Source: an uncultured Bacilli bacterium
GTDB lineage: Bacteria > Bacillota_I > Bacilli_A > RF39 > UBA660
DNA: 64,000 bases
Direction: 5' to 3'
Assembly: GCA_947629935.1 (NCBI GenBank)
Contig: CANRFQ010000001.1
Span: 22,444 to 86,443, forward strand
The position numbers and the translations under genes are program-made. Below, piece by piece: positions 1 to 8,692 of this stretch. Positions within the stretch are counted from its first letter, which is position 1, and the number at the start of each line of letters is the position of its first letter. Under the pieces are notes generated by a model that saw only the letters and a list, made by a program, of their open reading frames with translations, had not been told where the DNA came from and searched no databases.

Positions 1-1256
1 TCTAATAAAGAGGCAATTTCCAGGGTTTCACTAGATTTGATTAAAATTCCTTTTTGTAAAGATGTTCCCACCGATACTACCACTGCTAAAGGAGTTGCTA
101 ATCCTAAAGCACAGGGACAAGCTACAACGAGCACTGTTACCAAACTAATTAAAGCTTCATTAAATGAAAAGCCCAATAATAAATATCCTCCAAATGTTAA
201 AAGAGCAATAAGCATTATACTAGGCACAAAATAAGAACTTACTTTATCAGCAATTCGAGCAATTGGCATTTTCGTGTTACTTGCTTCTAAAACTAAATGA
301 ACCATTTCCGAAATAGTTGATTTTGGTCCAATTTTCTCCGCTTTGTATTCTACTACACCATCATAATTAATAGCTCCCGCGACTACTTTTTGACCTTTAC
401 TTTTTTTGGAAGGCGCAGATTCCCCGGTAATAAAGGATTCATCAAAATGGGCAGACCCTTTAATAACTTCTCCATCCACAGCCACTTTCATTCCAGGTTT
501 TACTATTAAGATATCCCCCACTTTTACTTCATCAATTGTAATTTCTTCTTCTTGCGTTTTGCTTTTTCTTAAAGCTTTTTCAGGTGTCACTTTAACCAAT
601 TCTTCAATTGCTTCTTTAGTTTTCTCTTTACTATTTTTATCAATATATCTTCCCAGTTTAATAAAGAAAATTATCATACAAACCGATTCAAAATATAAAT
701 TTGTTACGAAACTAGAATGACCAAAGATTATCAAAAACAAATTACCAACACTATAACCAAAACTAACGATTACTCCCAAGGTAACTAATGTATTCATATT
801 AGGAGTTTTATTTTTTAAATTTTTAAACCCAGCGACAATTATATCGCGTCCGTAAATTAAATATACAATAGATAAAATAGCTAAACTAACAGAAAAATTT
901 AGAGGATGATTATGCATATTTAAAAAAGGAATAACTGGTAATTTTATCATGTGTCCCATAGAAATATACATAATAAAAAGTAAAAGAATACCCAAAATTA
1001 ACAAATAAACTTTACTATGATCTTTTTTATTGTGCTCTTTTTCATCATAAATACCATTGTATTTATAACCTGTAGCATTAACATATTCTGCTAAATCTTC
1101 TACCGTTAAATTATCTTCATAGCAAACTAAAGCCTGCCCTAAAACTAAATTAACTGAAGCATCAACAATGCCCTTTTGTTTATTTAAATATTTTTCAATG
1201 GCGTTAGAACAAGCTGAACAAGTCATGCCTTCAATATTTAAAATTATTTTCTTCAC
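1..1256 (-). CDS. copA: Copper-translocating P-type ATPase CopA, N-terminal part (C-terminus lies beyond the window start); GTG start
   Basis: Minus-strand frame translates to a heavy-metal-associated domain (GMTCSACSNAIEK) followed by P-type ATPase TM/actuator segments. The plus-strand ORFs 37..234 and 406..720 are antisense artefacts. It lies downstream of copZ. Confidence 0.7.
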   Translation of the reverse strand, partial: MKKIILNIEGMTCSACSNAIEKYLNKQKGIVDASVNLVLGQALVCYEDNLTVEDLAEYVNATGYKYNGIYDEKEHNKKDHSKVYLLILGILLLFIMYISMGHMIKLPVIPFLNMHNHPLNFSVSLAILSIVYLIYGRDIIVAGFKNLKNKTPNMNTLVTLGVIVSFGYSVGNLFLIIFGHSSFVTNLYFESVCMIIFFIKLGRYIDKNSKEKTKEAIEELVKVTPEKALRKSKTQEEEITIDEVKVGDILIVKPGMKVAVDGEVIKGSAHFDESFITGESAPSKKSKGQKVVAGAINYDGVVEYKAEKIGPKSTISEMVHLVLEASNTKMPIARIADKVSSYFVPSIMLIALLTFGGYLLLGFSFNEALISLVTVLVVACPCALGLATPLAVVVSVGTSLQKGILIKSSETLEIASLL

Positions 1257-1258
1257 GT

Positions 1259-1471
1259 TTAAGCTTCTTTCTCTACTTCGTATCCCAAATTTTCAAGGGC
1301 TTGAATAAGCATTGTTTGAGAAATTTCTTCGTTAGCAGTAACTTGCACACTTTCTTTTTGGTAATTAGCTTTAACCTTTTTAACCCCTTCGATATTTTTT
1401 AAAGCATTTTCTACTCTATTTTCACAGCCATGACAGACCATACCTTTAACATTTAAAATTATTTTAATCAT
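1259..1471 (-). CDS. copZ: Copper chaperone CopZ (HMA domain, MxCxxC)
   Basis: 70 aa with a GMVCHGCENRV motif. RBS AAAGGAGGG lies upstream. An extended -10 (TGtTATAAT) is in the upstream intergenic region. Confidence 0.8.
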   Translation of the reverse strand: MIKIILNVKGMVCHGCENRVENALKNIEGVKKVKANYQKESVQVTANEEISQTMLIQALENLGYEVEKEA

Positions 1472-1573
1472 TAATTTCCCTCCTTTATTTCTTTTATTAT
1501 AACAATAATTCCTTTAATTGTGTTATTTATTTAAAATTAAGCTTTTTAAAACTCAACAACAGTTGAGCTTTAA

Positions 1574-3544
1574 TTACTTACTTCTTTGACGAATATAATT
1601 ACAAATTATCTCCGCCGTCTTTTCTTGACCAATCGAAGCATCTATACATAAATCATAATTTTCGGGATTATTCCATTTTTGATTAGAAATTATTTCATAA
1701 TAGCTAGCACGATTTTTATCAGATTTAATAATATTTTTCTTTGCTTTATCTTTCGTGTCACCATACATCTCTCTTACTTTTTCGATTCGATAATCTAAGT
1801 TAGCATAAATAAATATTCTTACTAAATTGGGATTATTTCGTAAAACATAATCCGCTGCTCTTCCAACAATAACACAAGAACCACATGAAGCAATCATATT
1901 AATGGCTTTTTCTTGGGCTTCAATCGCATACTTCACAGGCGCCGTTGTTAAATATAAGTCATGTAGTATATCTTTGCTTTGATTAATATTAGAAACAAAT
2001 TCTTTATCAAGGCCACTTTCTTTAGCTGCTAAAGAAACCATCTCTTTATAATAATAAGGAATATTTAATTTTTGAGCAACGAGCTTTCCAATCGCTTTAC
2101 CCTGACTACCATGTTCTCTGGCTATTGTAATTATTACACCGGCTTTAGAGTTTTGATAAGCTACTTCATCAGTTACTTTAGTTTCTTTAGATAAATTGTG
2201 GAAAAACATTGCTACTAGAATAATCGTTACTATTATTCCCATTATATCGGCAATCGGCGCCGCGATTAAAACGCCTTTTATTCCCATAAATTGTGGTAAT
2301 ATTATTACTAAAGGAATAAAACAAACAATATCTCTAGTAAGAGAAACTATCGTCGCTTTTAAAGGATCCCCAACTGCTTGAAAGAAAATTGAACATAACT
2401 TTATCAAGCATGTTAAAGTTACTAACATTAAGAATATTCTAAAAGTTAAAACCGCAAATTCCATATATAATTTTTGGTTAGTACCAAAAATACGAATAAT
2501 TAAATTTGGCCACAATTCAAAGATAATCGTAAATATTACCCCAATAGTTAAAGCAATAATAACTACCTTTTTAAATGTTTCTTTAACTCTATCAATATTT
2601 TTAGCCCCATAGTTATAACCTAAAATTGGTTGAGCTCCAACAATTAGACCTACGATGATATTTATAACTATTGAGAATACTTTCATAGCTATACCTATAA
2701 CAGCAATTGGAATATCTGCTCCATATTTACTTAAAGCGCCATACTTAGCTAACATAATATTGCAAATTAAAGAAATAGCTACAATACTCATTTGGGTAAT
2801 AAACGTTGAAACTCCTAATTTAATTACATTTTTAAATATTCCTAAGTTTATTTTAAAACTTTCCTTTGTTAATTTAAAAGTTTTAGTCCGAGTAAAATAT
2901 ATAATAGATATAATCAAAGATGCAATCTGACCAATAATAGTAGCATAAGCCGCCCCTTTTATGCCTAAGTTAAAGCCAAAAATAAAAATAGGATCCAAGA
3001 TAATATTTATTAAAGCTCCTATAGCAGTCGCAGCCATGGAAAATCTTGGGGAACCATCAGCCCTTATCACCGCATTCATACTATTTGCTACCATATAAAC
3101 CGGAATTGCAGCTAAAATAATAACATAATAGTCGCTAGCTAAACCTATACTTTTCGAACTAGCTCCAAATAAATAAAGTAAGTTATCTTTAAAAATAAAT
3201 CCTAAAATTAAGAAAATAATACTAATAATAAAAGTTATTAATACACTATTACCAATTGCTTTGTGAGCATTTTTGGTATCTTTTCTTCCTTGACATAAAG
3301 ATAGATAAGCGGCCGATCCATCTCCAAAAGCCCAAGCAAATGCCATTGTGATAATCGTTATAGGATATACTACACCTGTTGCAGCATTACCTAAATATCC
3401 TAAACTACTATTACCAATAAATATTTGATCTACTATATTATATAAAGAACTAATCAGTAAAGATAAAATACAAGGTATGGAAAATTTTAAAAGCAATTTA
3501 GATATTTTTTCTTCTCCTAAAAATTTATTATTTTCAGTTTCCAT
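1574..3544 (-). CDS. MATE-family multidrug/oligosaccharidyl-lipid efflux transporter fused to a C-terminal cytidylate-kinase-like (Cytidylate_kin2-type) domain
   Basis: 656 aa. The N-terminal ~455 aa are polytopic and MATE-like (12 TM segments, NorM/MatE-type). The C-terminal ~190 aa (IITIAREHGSQGKAIGKLVAQKLNIPYYYKEMV...) match the cytidylate-kinase-like family that is normally standalone. RBS AAAGGAGA. Confidence 0.8.
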   Translation of the reverse strand: METENNKFLGEEKISKLLLKFSIPCILSLLISSLYNIVDQIFIGNSSLGYLGNAATGVVYPITIITMAFAWAFGDGSAAYLSLCQGRKDTKNAHKAIGNSVLITFIISIIFLILGFIFKDNLLYLFGASSKSIGLASDYYVIILAAIPVYMVANSMNAVIRADGSPRFSMAATAIGALINIILDPIFIFGFNLGIKGAAYATIIGQIASLIISIIYFTRTKTFKLTKESFKINLGIFKNVIKLGVSTFITQMSIVAISLICNIMLAKYGALSKYGADIPIAVIGIAMKVFSIVINIIVGLIVGAQPILGYNYGAKNIDRVKETFKKVVIIALTIGVIFTIIFELWPNLIIRIFGTNQKLYMEFAVLTFRIFLMLVTLTCLIKLCSIFFQAVGDPLKATIVSLTRDIVCFIPLVIILPQFMGIKGVLIAAPIADIMGIIVTIILVAMFFHNLSKETKVTDEVAYQNSKAGVIITIAREHGSQGKAIGKLVAQKLNIPYYYKEMVSLAAKESGLDKEFVSNINQSKDILHDLYLTTAPVKYAIEAQEKAINMIASCGSCVIVGRAADYVLRNNPNLVRIFIYANLDYRIEKVREMYGDTKDKAKKNIIKSDKNRASYYEIISNQKWNNPENYDLCIDASIGQEKTAEIICNYIRQRSK

Positions 3545-3643
3545 TTTTTCTCCTTTCGTTATCTAAACCCTCGTTTTAAGCCAAAAAAAGAACGCAAAAA
3601 CTTGTGTCAGTTTCTACGCTTTTAAGCTGGGTCGACTTGTTCA

Positions 3644-3671
3644 TTATATTATTTTTTTTCATTTTTTGCAA
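3644..3671 (-). promoter_or_regulatory. Sigma-A-type promoter for the MATE gene (-35 TTGCAA, 17 bp spacer, -10 TATAAT), followed by a ~100-nt leader
   Basis: The reverse complement reads TTGCAA-N17-TATAAT about 100 nt upstream of the start codon. Confidence 0.4.
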
Positions 3672-3937
3672 GCAATTTTAAATGAAGTTGCATTCTTTTT
3701 TATTCCAAAATATGATTATCAGTTTACAAGTAATCTAAAGACAAAATATCCAAAATTTTTTTAATAAGTTACCTATTTATAGGCCGTCTGACATTATTCT
3801 ATCCTACTTTTTTTAAAGACTTTACCATTTGTTTTGCTTCTTTAATATATAAAAATAATATATTTTATCTTAATTTCTATTTCAATTTTTTCGAGAATCA
3901 ATCTATTGTTTTAAAGGAAGAAGTACAACAAATACTT

Positions 3938-4717
3938 TTATTTTTTTAAAACTTTAGAATAACCTATATCTAATAAATTAGTAAAATCATTAGGAATTTT
4001 TTCTCGTGCTTCTTTTATTAATTCATTAGGAATTCCATATAACGCCTCTGCCATTGAACCAACTATACAACCATTAGTATCTGTATCACCACCAAAAGAG
4101 ATAACTTTTAACAATGATTCTTCAAAGTTGTTTGAAATAAATAAGGCATATAAACAATTATCAATTGTTTTATAACAGGTTGTATTAAATCCATTAAAAT
4201 CAGAATAATTTAACTTTAAGTTTAATTCTTTTATTATTTCTTCTTTCGAAAAACCTAAACGTGCTAGAAAAATAATTAATGCAATAGTGGTGGCAGAATT
4301 TATTGCTTCTAAAGAATCGTGGGATGGAATAGTAGCCAAACGAGCATTATTAATTATATCTTTTTTGTTGTTAAACAAATAACCAACGGCAGAGATTCTC
4401 ATCATTGCCCCATTACCAATGCTTTTTCCATTTTTCTGATTCAATGCCCATTTTGTAAATCCAGGTGAAAAAATACCTTTGAAATAAGGTGAAAAATCAG
4501 GTTTATATATTAAAAAGTTTTTTGCGTATTTTTTCAAATAATACTCATAATTTTTATCATTTAAAATTGCATCCAAAATAGCTATAGTTAATATAGTATC
4601 ATCACTATAGAAACTTTTTTCATTAATCAGCTTTTTAGGATTTAATTTTGAAAAATATTTAGTTTGTTGATACTCATATATAGAACCTGCTAAATCTCCT
4701 ATGACTGCTCCCCACAT
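3938..4717 (-). CDS. ADP-ribosylglycohydrolase family protein (DraG-like)
   Basis: N-terminal GAVIGDLAGSIYEY and C-terminal GGDTDTNGCIVG motifs are typical of ADP-ribosyl hydrolases. RBS AGAGGT. Confidence 0.7.
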   Translation of the reverse strand: MWGAVIGDLAGSIYEYQQTKYFSKLNPKKLINEKSFYSDDTILTIAILDAILNDKNYEYYLKKYAKNFLIYKPDFSPYFKGIFSPGFTKWALNQKNGKSIGNGAMMRISAVGYLFNNKKDIINNARLATIPSHDSLEAINSATTIALIIFLARLGFSKEEIIKELNLKLNYSDFNGFNTTCYKTIDNCLYALFISNNFEESLLKVISFGGDTDTNGCIVGSMAEALYGIPNELIKEAREKIPNDFTNLLDIGYSKVLKK

Positions 4718-4797
4718 AGCGTTACCTCTTTTTTATTTATTGTCTTTTACAATATGCAATTGTATTTTCTAAACTATTATTTTTTTATAAAGTATTA

Positions 4798-4826
4798 TTG
4801 TAAAAAGAACAAATATTTGATATAAT
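4798..4826 (+). promoter_or_regulatory. Strong sigma-A promoter (-35 TTGTAA, 17 bp, extended -10 TGaTATAAT) driving the small peptide ORF
   Basis: Read directly from the sequence. It is near-consensus and carries the TG extension. Confidence 0.5.
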
Positions 4827-4902
4827 ATTCATGGATACATTTGAAATATCAGATGTTTTCCCTTTCAATTATCCAATGATAAGAGAAAGGTGGTGGTTAA
4901 TT

Positions 4903-4980
4903 ATGACAAAAAGAGAACTTCCTCTATTTATTATAATTCTGCTATTATTCTTTGTAGTAATCACCTTACTATTTAGATAA
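4903..4980 (+). CDS. 25-aa hydrophobic peptide (MTKRELPLFIIILLLFFVVITLLFR), candidate type I toxin-like small membrane peptide
   Basis: RBS AAGGTGGTG lies 8 nt upstream of the ATG. The peptide has a single predicted TM helix. It sits about 75 nt downstream of the strong promoter and is immediately followed by a bidirectional terminator hairpin. Confidence 0.4.
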   Translation: MTKRELPLFIIILLLFFVVITLLFR

Positions 4981-4981
4981 T

Positions 4982-5018
4982 AAAAACATCTGATTTCAAC
5001 AATCGTTGATTTCAGATG
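4982..5018 (-). terminator. Intrinsic terminator hairpin (7+5 bp stem, loop AATC) with a U-run on the minus strand; structurally bidirectional
   Basis: catctgatttcaac/gttgatttcagatg arms are followed on the minus strand by UUUUUAUUAU. Leader segment 4843-4855 (GAAATATCAGATG) can alternatively pair with the 5' arm. Confidence 0.55.
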
Positions 5019-5098
5019 CCATCCAATAAGGGATAACACCTGATTCTCGCAATCAAATGTATCCTTTTTTATTTTATGCAAGTTTCCTTGACATATTC

Positions 5099-5127
5099 AT
5101 CATAACATAAAAACGACTTTTTGACAA
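5099..5127 (-). promoter_or_regulatory. Minus-strand promoter (-35 TTGTCA, 17 bp, -10 TATGAT) oriented toward the 4982-5018 terminator; candidate antisense-RNA promoter
   Basis: Read directly from the sequence. It would generate a ~100-nt RNA convergent with the small-peptide mRNA and overlapping its 3' end. Confidence 0.35.
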
Positions 5128-5135
5128 GTCGTTTT
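5108..5135 (-). terminator. Intrinsic terminator downstream of tRNA-Met (9-bp stem aaaacgact/agtcgtttt followed by a U-run on the minus strand)
   Basis: Hairpin plus UUUUUAUGUUAUG on the minus strand, 40 nt after the tRNA 3' end. Confidence 0.55.
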
Positions 5136-5172
5136 ATATTGATACTCGAAAAGTTCGAGTTTCCTATCCATC

Positions 5173-5249
5173 TGGTAGCGGCGGGGGGATTCGAACCCTC
5201 GACCTATCGGGTATGAACCGAGTGCTCTAGCCAACTGAGCTACACCGCC
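5173..5249 (-). tRNA. tRNA-Met (anticodon CAT), 77 nt with encoded CCA
   Basis: The reverse complement GGCGGTGTAGCTCAGTTGGCTAGAGCACTCGGTTCATACCCGATAGGTCGAGGGTTCGAATCCCCCCGCCGCTACCA folds as a cloverleaf. The GCTCAGTTGG D-arm, TTCGAAT T-loop and CAT anticodon match elongator tRNA-Met of Firmicutes; Ile2(CAU) cannot be excluded. Confidence 0.85.
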
Positions 5250-5268
5250 ATAAAAAGTAAGCAATATG

Positions 5269-5297
5269 ATTATAACAAATAATTACATCTTTGACAA
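5269..5297 (-). promoter_or_regulatory. Promoter for tRNA-Met (-35 TTGTCA, 17 bp, -10 TATAAT)
   Basis: Consensus hexamers lie about 20 nt upstream of the mature tRNA 5' end. Confidence 0.5.
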
Positions 5298-5333
5298 CAA
5301 AAATTATAAAAAAAACAGGGCTTATAACCACTA

Positions 5334-5693
5334 TTAAATCCAACGAGCTATATAAATATTACGGGTCATTCCCTCTTGATATCTTTCAAAAATTTTAATA
5401 ATGTTATCAATTATAACCTTTAAAACATTTGTAACCGTACTTTTTACTCTAACTTGTAATAACTCTTTTTTCATTTCATTTCGAAAAGTATAATCATCAA
5501 TATATTTAGAAATAATATTATCAACACAAGTGGCTTTTTTAATTTCTTCAACATTATTTAAATCAATATTACAAACATACTTTTTATAAAATCCTATTAA
5601 TCTTTCACTAATATAATCACTTTCTAAAAATTCAAACTCCGTAATTTTATAATAATTAGGACAATATTTTACAACCATATTTGCACTGCTCAT
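5334..5693 (-). CDS. Hypothetical protein (119 aa)
   Basis: Clean ORF with a consensus promoter and a GGGAAGTG RBS. No recognisable motif. Confidence 0.5.
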   Translation of the reverse strand: MSSANMVVKYCPNYYKITEFEFLESDYISERLIGFYKKYVCNIDLNNVEEIKKATCVDNIISKYIDDYTFRNEMKKELLQVRVKSTVTNVLKVIIDNIIKIFERYQEGMTRNIYIARWI

Positions 5694-5726
5694 TTACTGC
5701 ACTTCCCTACTCATGTATTCTAGATA

Positions 5727-5755
5727 AATTATAGTAAAAAAAAATTGTTTTGTCA
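5727..5755 (-). promoter_or_regulatory. Consensus sigma-A promoter (-35 TTGACA, 17 bp, -10 TATAAT) for the 119-aa ORF, overlapping the rseP stop codon
   Basis: Read directly from the sequence. It is a perfect match to the consensus. Confidence 0.5.
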
Positions 5756-6805
5756 AAACAATTTTAAGATATCTTGCAAGGTTATATATATCATTAAAAG
5801 GAGTAACAATATGAACCCTACTGTATGGAATGCATTTTCTACTTTAGAATTAACAGGACTACCTTTTATTTTTTCAATTATTAGAAATAATATTCTACCT
5901 CCATCAAATGCCGGGAAAGGTAATATATTAATAAATCCTAAATTAATACTCAAAAACGCAATTAAATATATTACTTGTTGAATACCTACCGTTAAACTTT
6001 CACCGACTACTCCATAAATACCAACTGGTCCTGATAAAGAGCTAAGGCCTAATCCTCCTGTGAATAAATTAACTATTACGATAGCCATTGAATCAATAAC
6101 AGCCCCAAATTTCAAAACGGCATATTTTAAAGCTTGCACAAAACCATATTTCTTAGTAGTATCAATTTGGACTCCGAACACTTTTCGAGTATTACCTTTT
6201 TCATCTTTTTCCGTAACTGGTTTTATTTTATAATCTTTAATATCACCATTAGTTTTTTCAATTTTGAAAGTATAATAATCGTTTTTACTTTTAATATTTA
6301 ATAAAATTTGAGCTTTATCCCAAGTATTAACTTTTTTATCATTAACAGCAATTATGCGGTCGCCTTTTTCAATTCCAGCTTTTTCTATTGGATAACCTTC
6401 AGTTACTTTACCTACAACTGGTTCTAAAGAAGAACTACCCCAAATTAGAGCCGATAAAAATAATAAAACAAAGGCTAAAACAAAATTAAAAGTTACCCCC
6501 GCAACTAAAATTAAAAAACGTTGAAAACCAGTTTTATTACACATAAATTTTTCTTTAGGTATATTTTTATCATCTTCGGAAACTTCCCCTGCCATTTGGA
6601 CATATCCCCCAATAGGTAGAGCTCTTACCGAATACTGAATTCCATCTTTTTTACTAATTTTTTTAAATAAGATAGGTCCCATACCAATTGAAAACTCATA
6701 AATGTGAACCCCACATTTTTTAGCAAAAATAAAGTGACCAAATTCATGAATCATTACTAAAAGGCCTAAAATAAAAATTAAAACAATTAAAGTAACAAAC
6801 CACAT
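5753..6805 (-). CDS. rseP: Regulated intramembrane site-2 zinc metalloprotease RseP/RasP (M50 family, PDZ domain)
   Basis: HEFGHF zinc motif, a central PDZ domain and a C-terminal LDGG motif. Strong RBS AAGGAGGA. Lies downstream of cdsA as in Firmicutes. Confidence 0.9.
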   Translation of the reverse strand: MWFVTLIVLIFILGLLVMIHEFGHFIFAKKCGVHIYEFSIGMGPILFKKISKKDGIQYSVRALPIGGYVQMAGEVSEDDKNIPKEKFMCNKTGFQRFLILVAGVTFNFVLAFVLLFLSALIWGSSSLEPVVGKVTEGYPIEKAGIEKGDRIIAVNDKKVNTWDKAQILLNIKSKNDYYTFKIEKTNGDIKDYKIKPVTEKDEKGNTRKVFGVQIDTTKKYGFVQALKYAVLKFGAVIDSMAIVIVNLFTGGLGLSSLSGPVGIYGVVGESLTVGIQQVIYLIAFLSINLGFINILPFPAFDGGRILFLIIEKIKGSPVNSKVENAFHTVGFILLLLLMIYITLQDILKLF

Positions 6806-6817
6806 AATAAATCCTCC

Positions 6818-7618
6818 TTATAATATTGTAAACATTATTAAAAATGCTATAACTACAAATATTAAACTATCTAATCTATCTAATACTCCTCCATGACCAG
6901 GAATTAATTTAGAAAAATCTTTAATCTTAGATTCTCTTTTAATTTTACTAAAAACTAAATCCCCTATTTGCCCTATGATAGATAATATTACCACAAATAT
7001 ACATATCTTTATAACATTAACATTAGAGCTAATTAAATTTAGATAGAACATAACGGCAACAAATGTTCCTAAAACAATACCACAAAGGCTTCCTTCCCAT
7101 GTTTTACCAGGGGAAACACTAACTATCAATTTATGTTTACCAATTAATTTACCAAATATTAAAGCAAAAGTATCATTTAATACTGTAATTAATACTAAAA
7201 ATACTAATAATAAAACATTATAATCAACTAAAACAATTAATATATTAAAGAAAACTCCTAATAGTAAAATCCAACCAATTAAATAAAATGCATCTTTCGT
7301 CGTATATTTATCATTAGCGCCATAAAAAATGGTAGGACCTAAAAGCAAAATTAATAAATAGCCAATAGTTCGAAACGAAAGACCTAAGTTTAACAAATAA
7401 TCATTTTTTGAAGTAAAAATTAATATAAGCAAACTTATCATTCCTAATACTTTAATAATACTAGGTAAATTTTTTTCTTTCTTTTTTAAATCTATAACTT
7501 CCTTAAATGCTAAAATACTTACAATACCTACCCCTATTTTAAAAGGTAATCCTCCTATAATTATAAGAGGAACAAAAATTGCAATTAAGATAGCTGCGCT
7601 TAAAATTCTTTTTTTCAT
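6818..7618 (-). CDS. cdsA: Phosphatidate cytidylyltransferase CdsA (ATG start; the ORF track begins at an upstream TTG)
   Basis: Polytopic protein with the CdsA C-terminal signature (SxxKRxxxxKDxxxxxPGHGGxxDRxDS). Synteny with rseP. Confidence 0.85.
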   Translation of the reverse strand: MKKRILSAAILIAIFVPLIIIGGLPFKIGVGIVSILAFKEVIDLKKKEKNLPSIIKVLGMISLLILIFTSKNDYLLNLGLSFRTIGYLLILLLGPTIFYGANDKYTTKDAFYLIGWILLLGVFFNILIVLVDYNVLLLVFLVLITVLNDTFALIFGKLIGKHKLIVSVSPGKTWEGSLCGIVLGTFVAVMFYLNLISSNVNVIKICIFVVILSIIGQIGDLVFSKIKRESKIKDFSKLIPGHGGVLDRLDSLIFVVIAFLIMFTIL

Positions 7619-7699
7619 TTTCTTCAAATCCTATCTCTATAATAAAGTATACTCTTGTAAGTAAAAAAAAGTCAAATAAAATGTATATTATTGACATGG

Positions 7700-8653
7700 T
7701 TAGAATTTAATTAATTTAATACATGGTTTATATTTGGCTTTGAACTCTTTTACTAAACATCTTGCTTTTTGGTAATCAAATGCTTTTAATTTATCTTTAG
7801 GAATCTTTTTATACTGCGTAACAAAATCATGGCATAAACTATAATCAATTGTTTTAAAGGCAATACTGACTTCTAAAATATCAATAATATTATTTAAGAC
7901 AATGGGTGATAAATTTTGGCTCATTAAAAATTCTTCACATATATTTAAAAATTCATTATCACATACTATGGTTAATAAAATTTCCTGACTATGGCCATTA
8001 TGACTGGCCAAAAAAGTCTCATAATCATGCTCATAATTATCATTTATTATCTTATTTAATATCTTTTTACGCTCATTTACAGGATAAATAGATTTATGAA
8101 AATGATTTTCAATTTGAATATTAGTTTTAAATATTAACTGATTTAATTTCTTGATATCTAACTTTTGCTTTTTTAGTCCCAATTGATACATCCATTCTAC
8201 TTTTTTAAAGGAAGCTTTTAATTGCCATAAATCAAAATAAGTGTATTTATGTGGCCAATAGTTTATTGTTTCATCATTCCTAAACCATTTCTGTAATCGT
8301 TCATTTTCCAAGTCTTTTTTATAGTTTTCCACAAAAAATAAACAATCAATTAACAAATTTTTTATTTCTATAAACAAATTATAATCCATTTTAGCTTGAA
8401 AATGTTTATCATTAAGGCATAAATCTAAAAAAACAAAAAAATTATTATGCATCAAAAATTTAAAATAAGAATTTTTATAGAAATTATTACCTTGATCATC
8501 TTTATTTAAAAATGTTTCTGGATAAAAATAAAATTTTAAAAACAAAAAGTGCTGAGCTGAATTTTCCTTTTGTAATTTGTTTAAAAAATTATTGACTTCC
8601 CTTGTCACCCTAAATCCCCCTAAACAATGTAATATTATATATGATTTTTCCAA
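7700..8653 (-). CDS. Hypothetical cytoplasmic protein (317 aa), no recognisable domain; weak RBS
   Basis: Long clean ORF with protein-like composition. No motif identified. Confidence 0.45.
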   Translation of the reverse strand: MEKSYIILHCLGGFRVTREVNNFLNKLQKENSAQHFLFLKFYFYPETFLNKDDQGNNFYKNSYFKFLMHNNFFVFLDLCLNDKHFQAKMDYNLFIEIKNLLIDCLFFVENYKKDLENERLQKWFRNDETINYWPHKYTYFDLWQLKASFKKVEWMYQLGLKKQKLDIKKLNQLIFKTNIQIENHFHKSIYPVNERKKILNKIINDNYEHDYETFLASHNGHSQEILLTIVCDNEFLNICEEFLMSQNLSPIVLNNIIDILEVSIAFKTIDYSLCHDFVTQYKKIPKDKLKAFDYQKARCLVKEFKAKYKPCIKLIKF

Positions 8654-8692
8654 AATTTCAATTAAATTGCTAAAAAAACAATAGAATTTTAT

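Noticed and set aside
37-720. Plus-strand ORFs 37..234 and 406..720
   Set aside because: They lie antisense to the clearly recognisable copA P-type ATPase frame on the minus strand, have low-complexity translations and no RBS. They are shadow ORFs.
2196-2930. Plus-strand ORFs 2196..2381 and 2655..2930
   Set aside because: Antisense to the MATE transporter gene. The hydrophobic Ile/Thr-rich translations are typical of reverse-strand readings of AT-rich membrane-protein genes.
4869-5081. Minus-strand 70-aa ORF 4869..5081
   Set aside because: It spans the bidirectional terminator hairpin and the opposite-strand small-peptide ORF. It has no RBS, and its translation is dictated by the hairpin sequence. 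The locus is better explained by the convergent small-RNA architecture.
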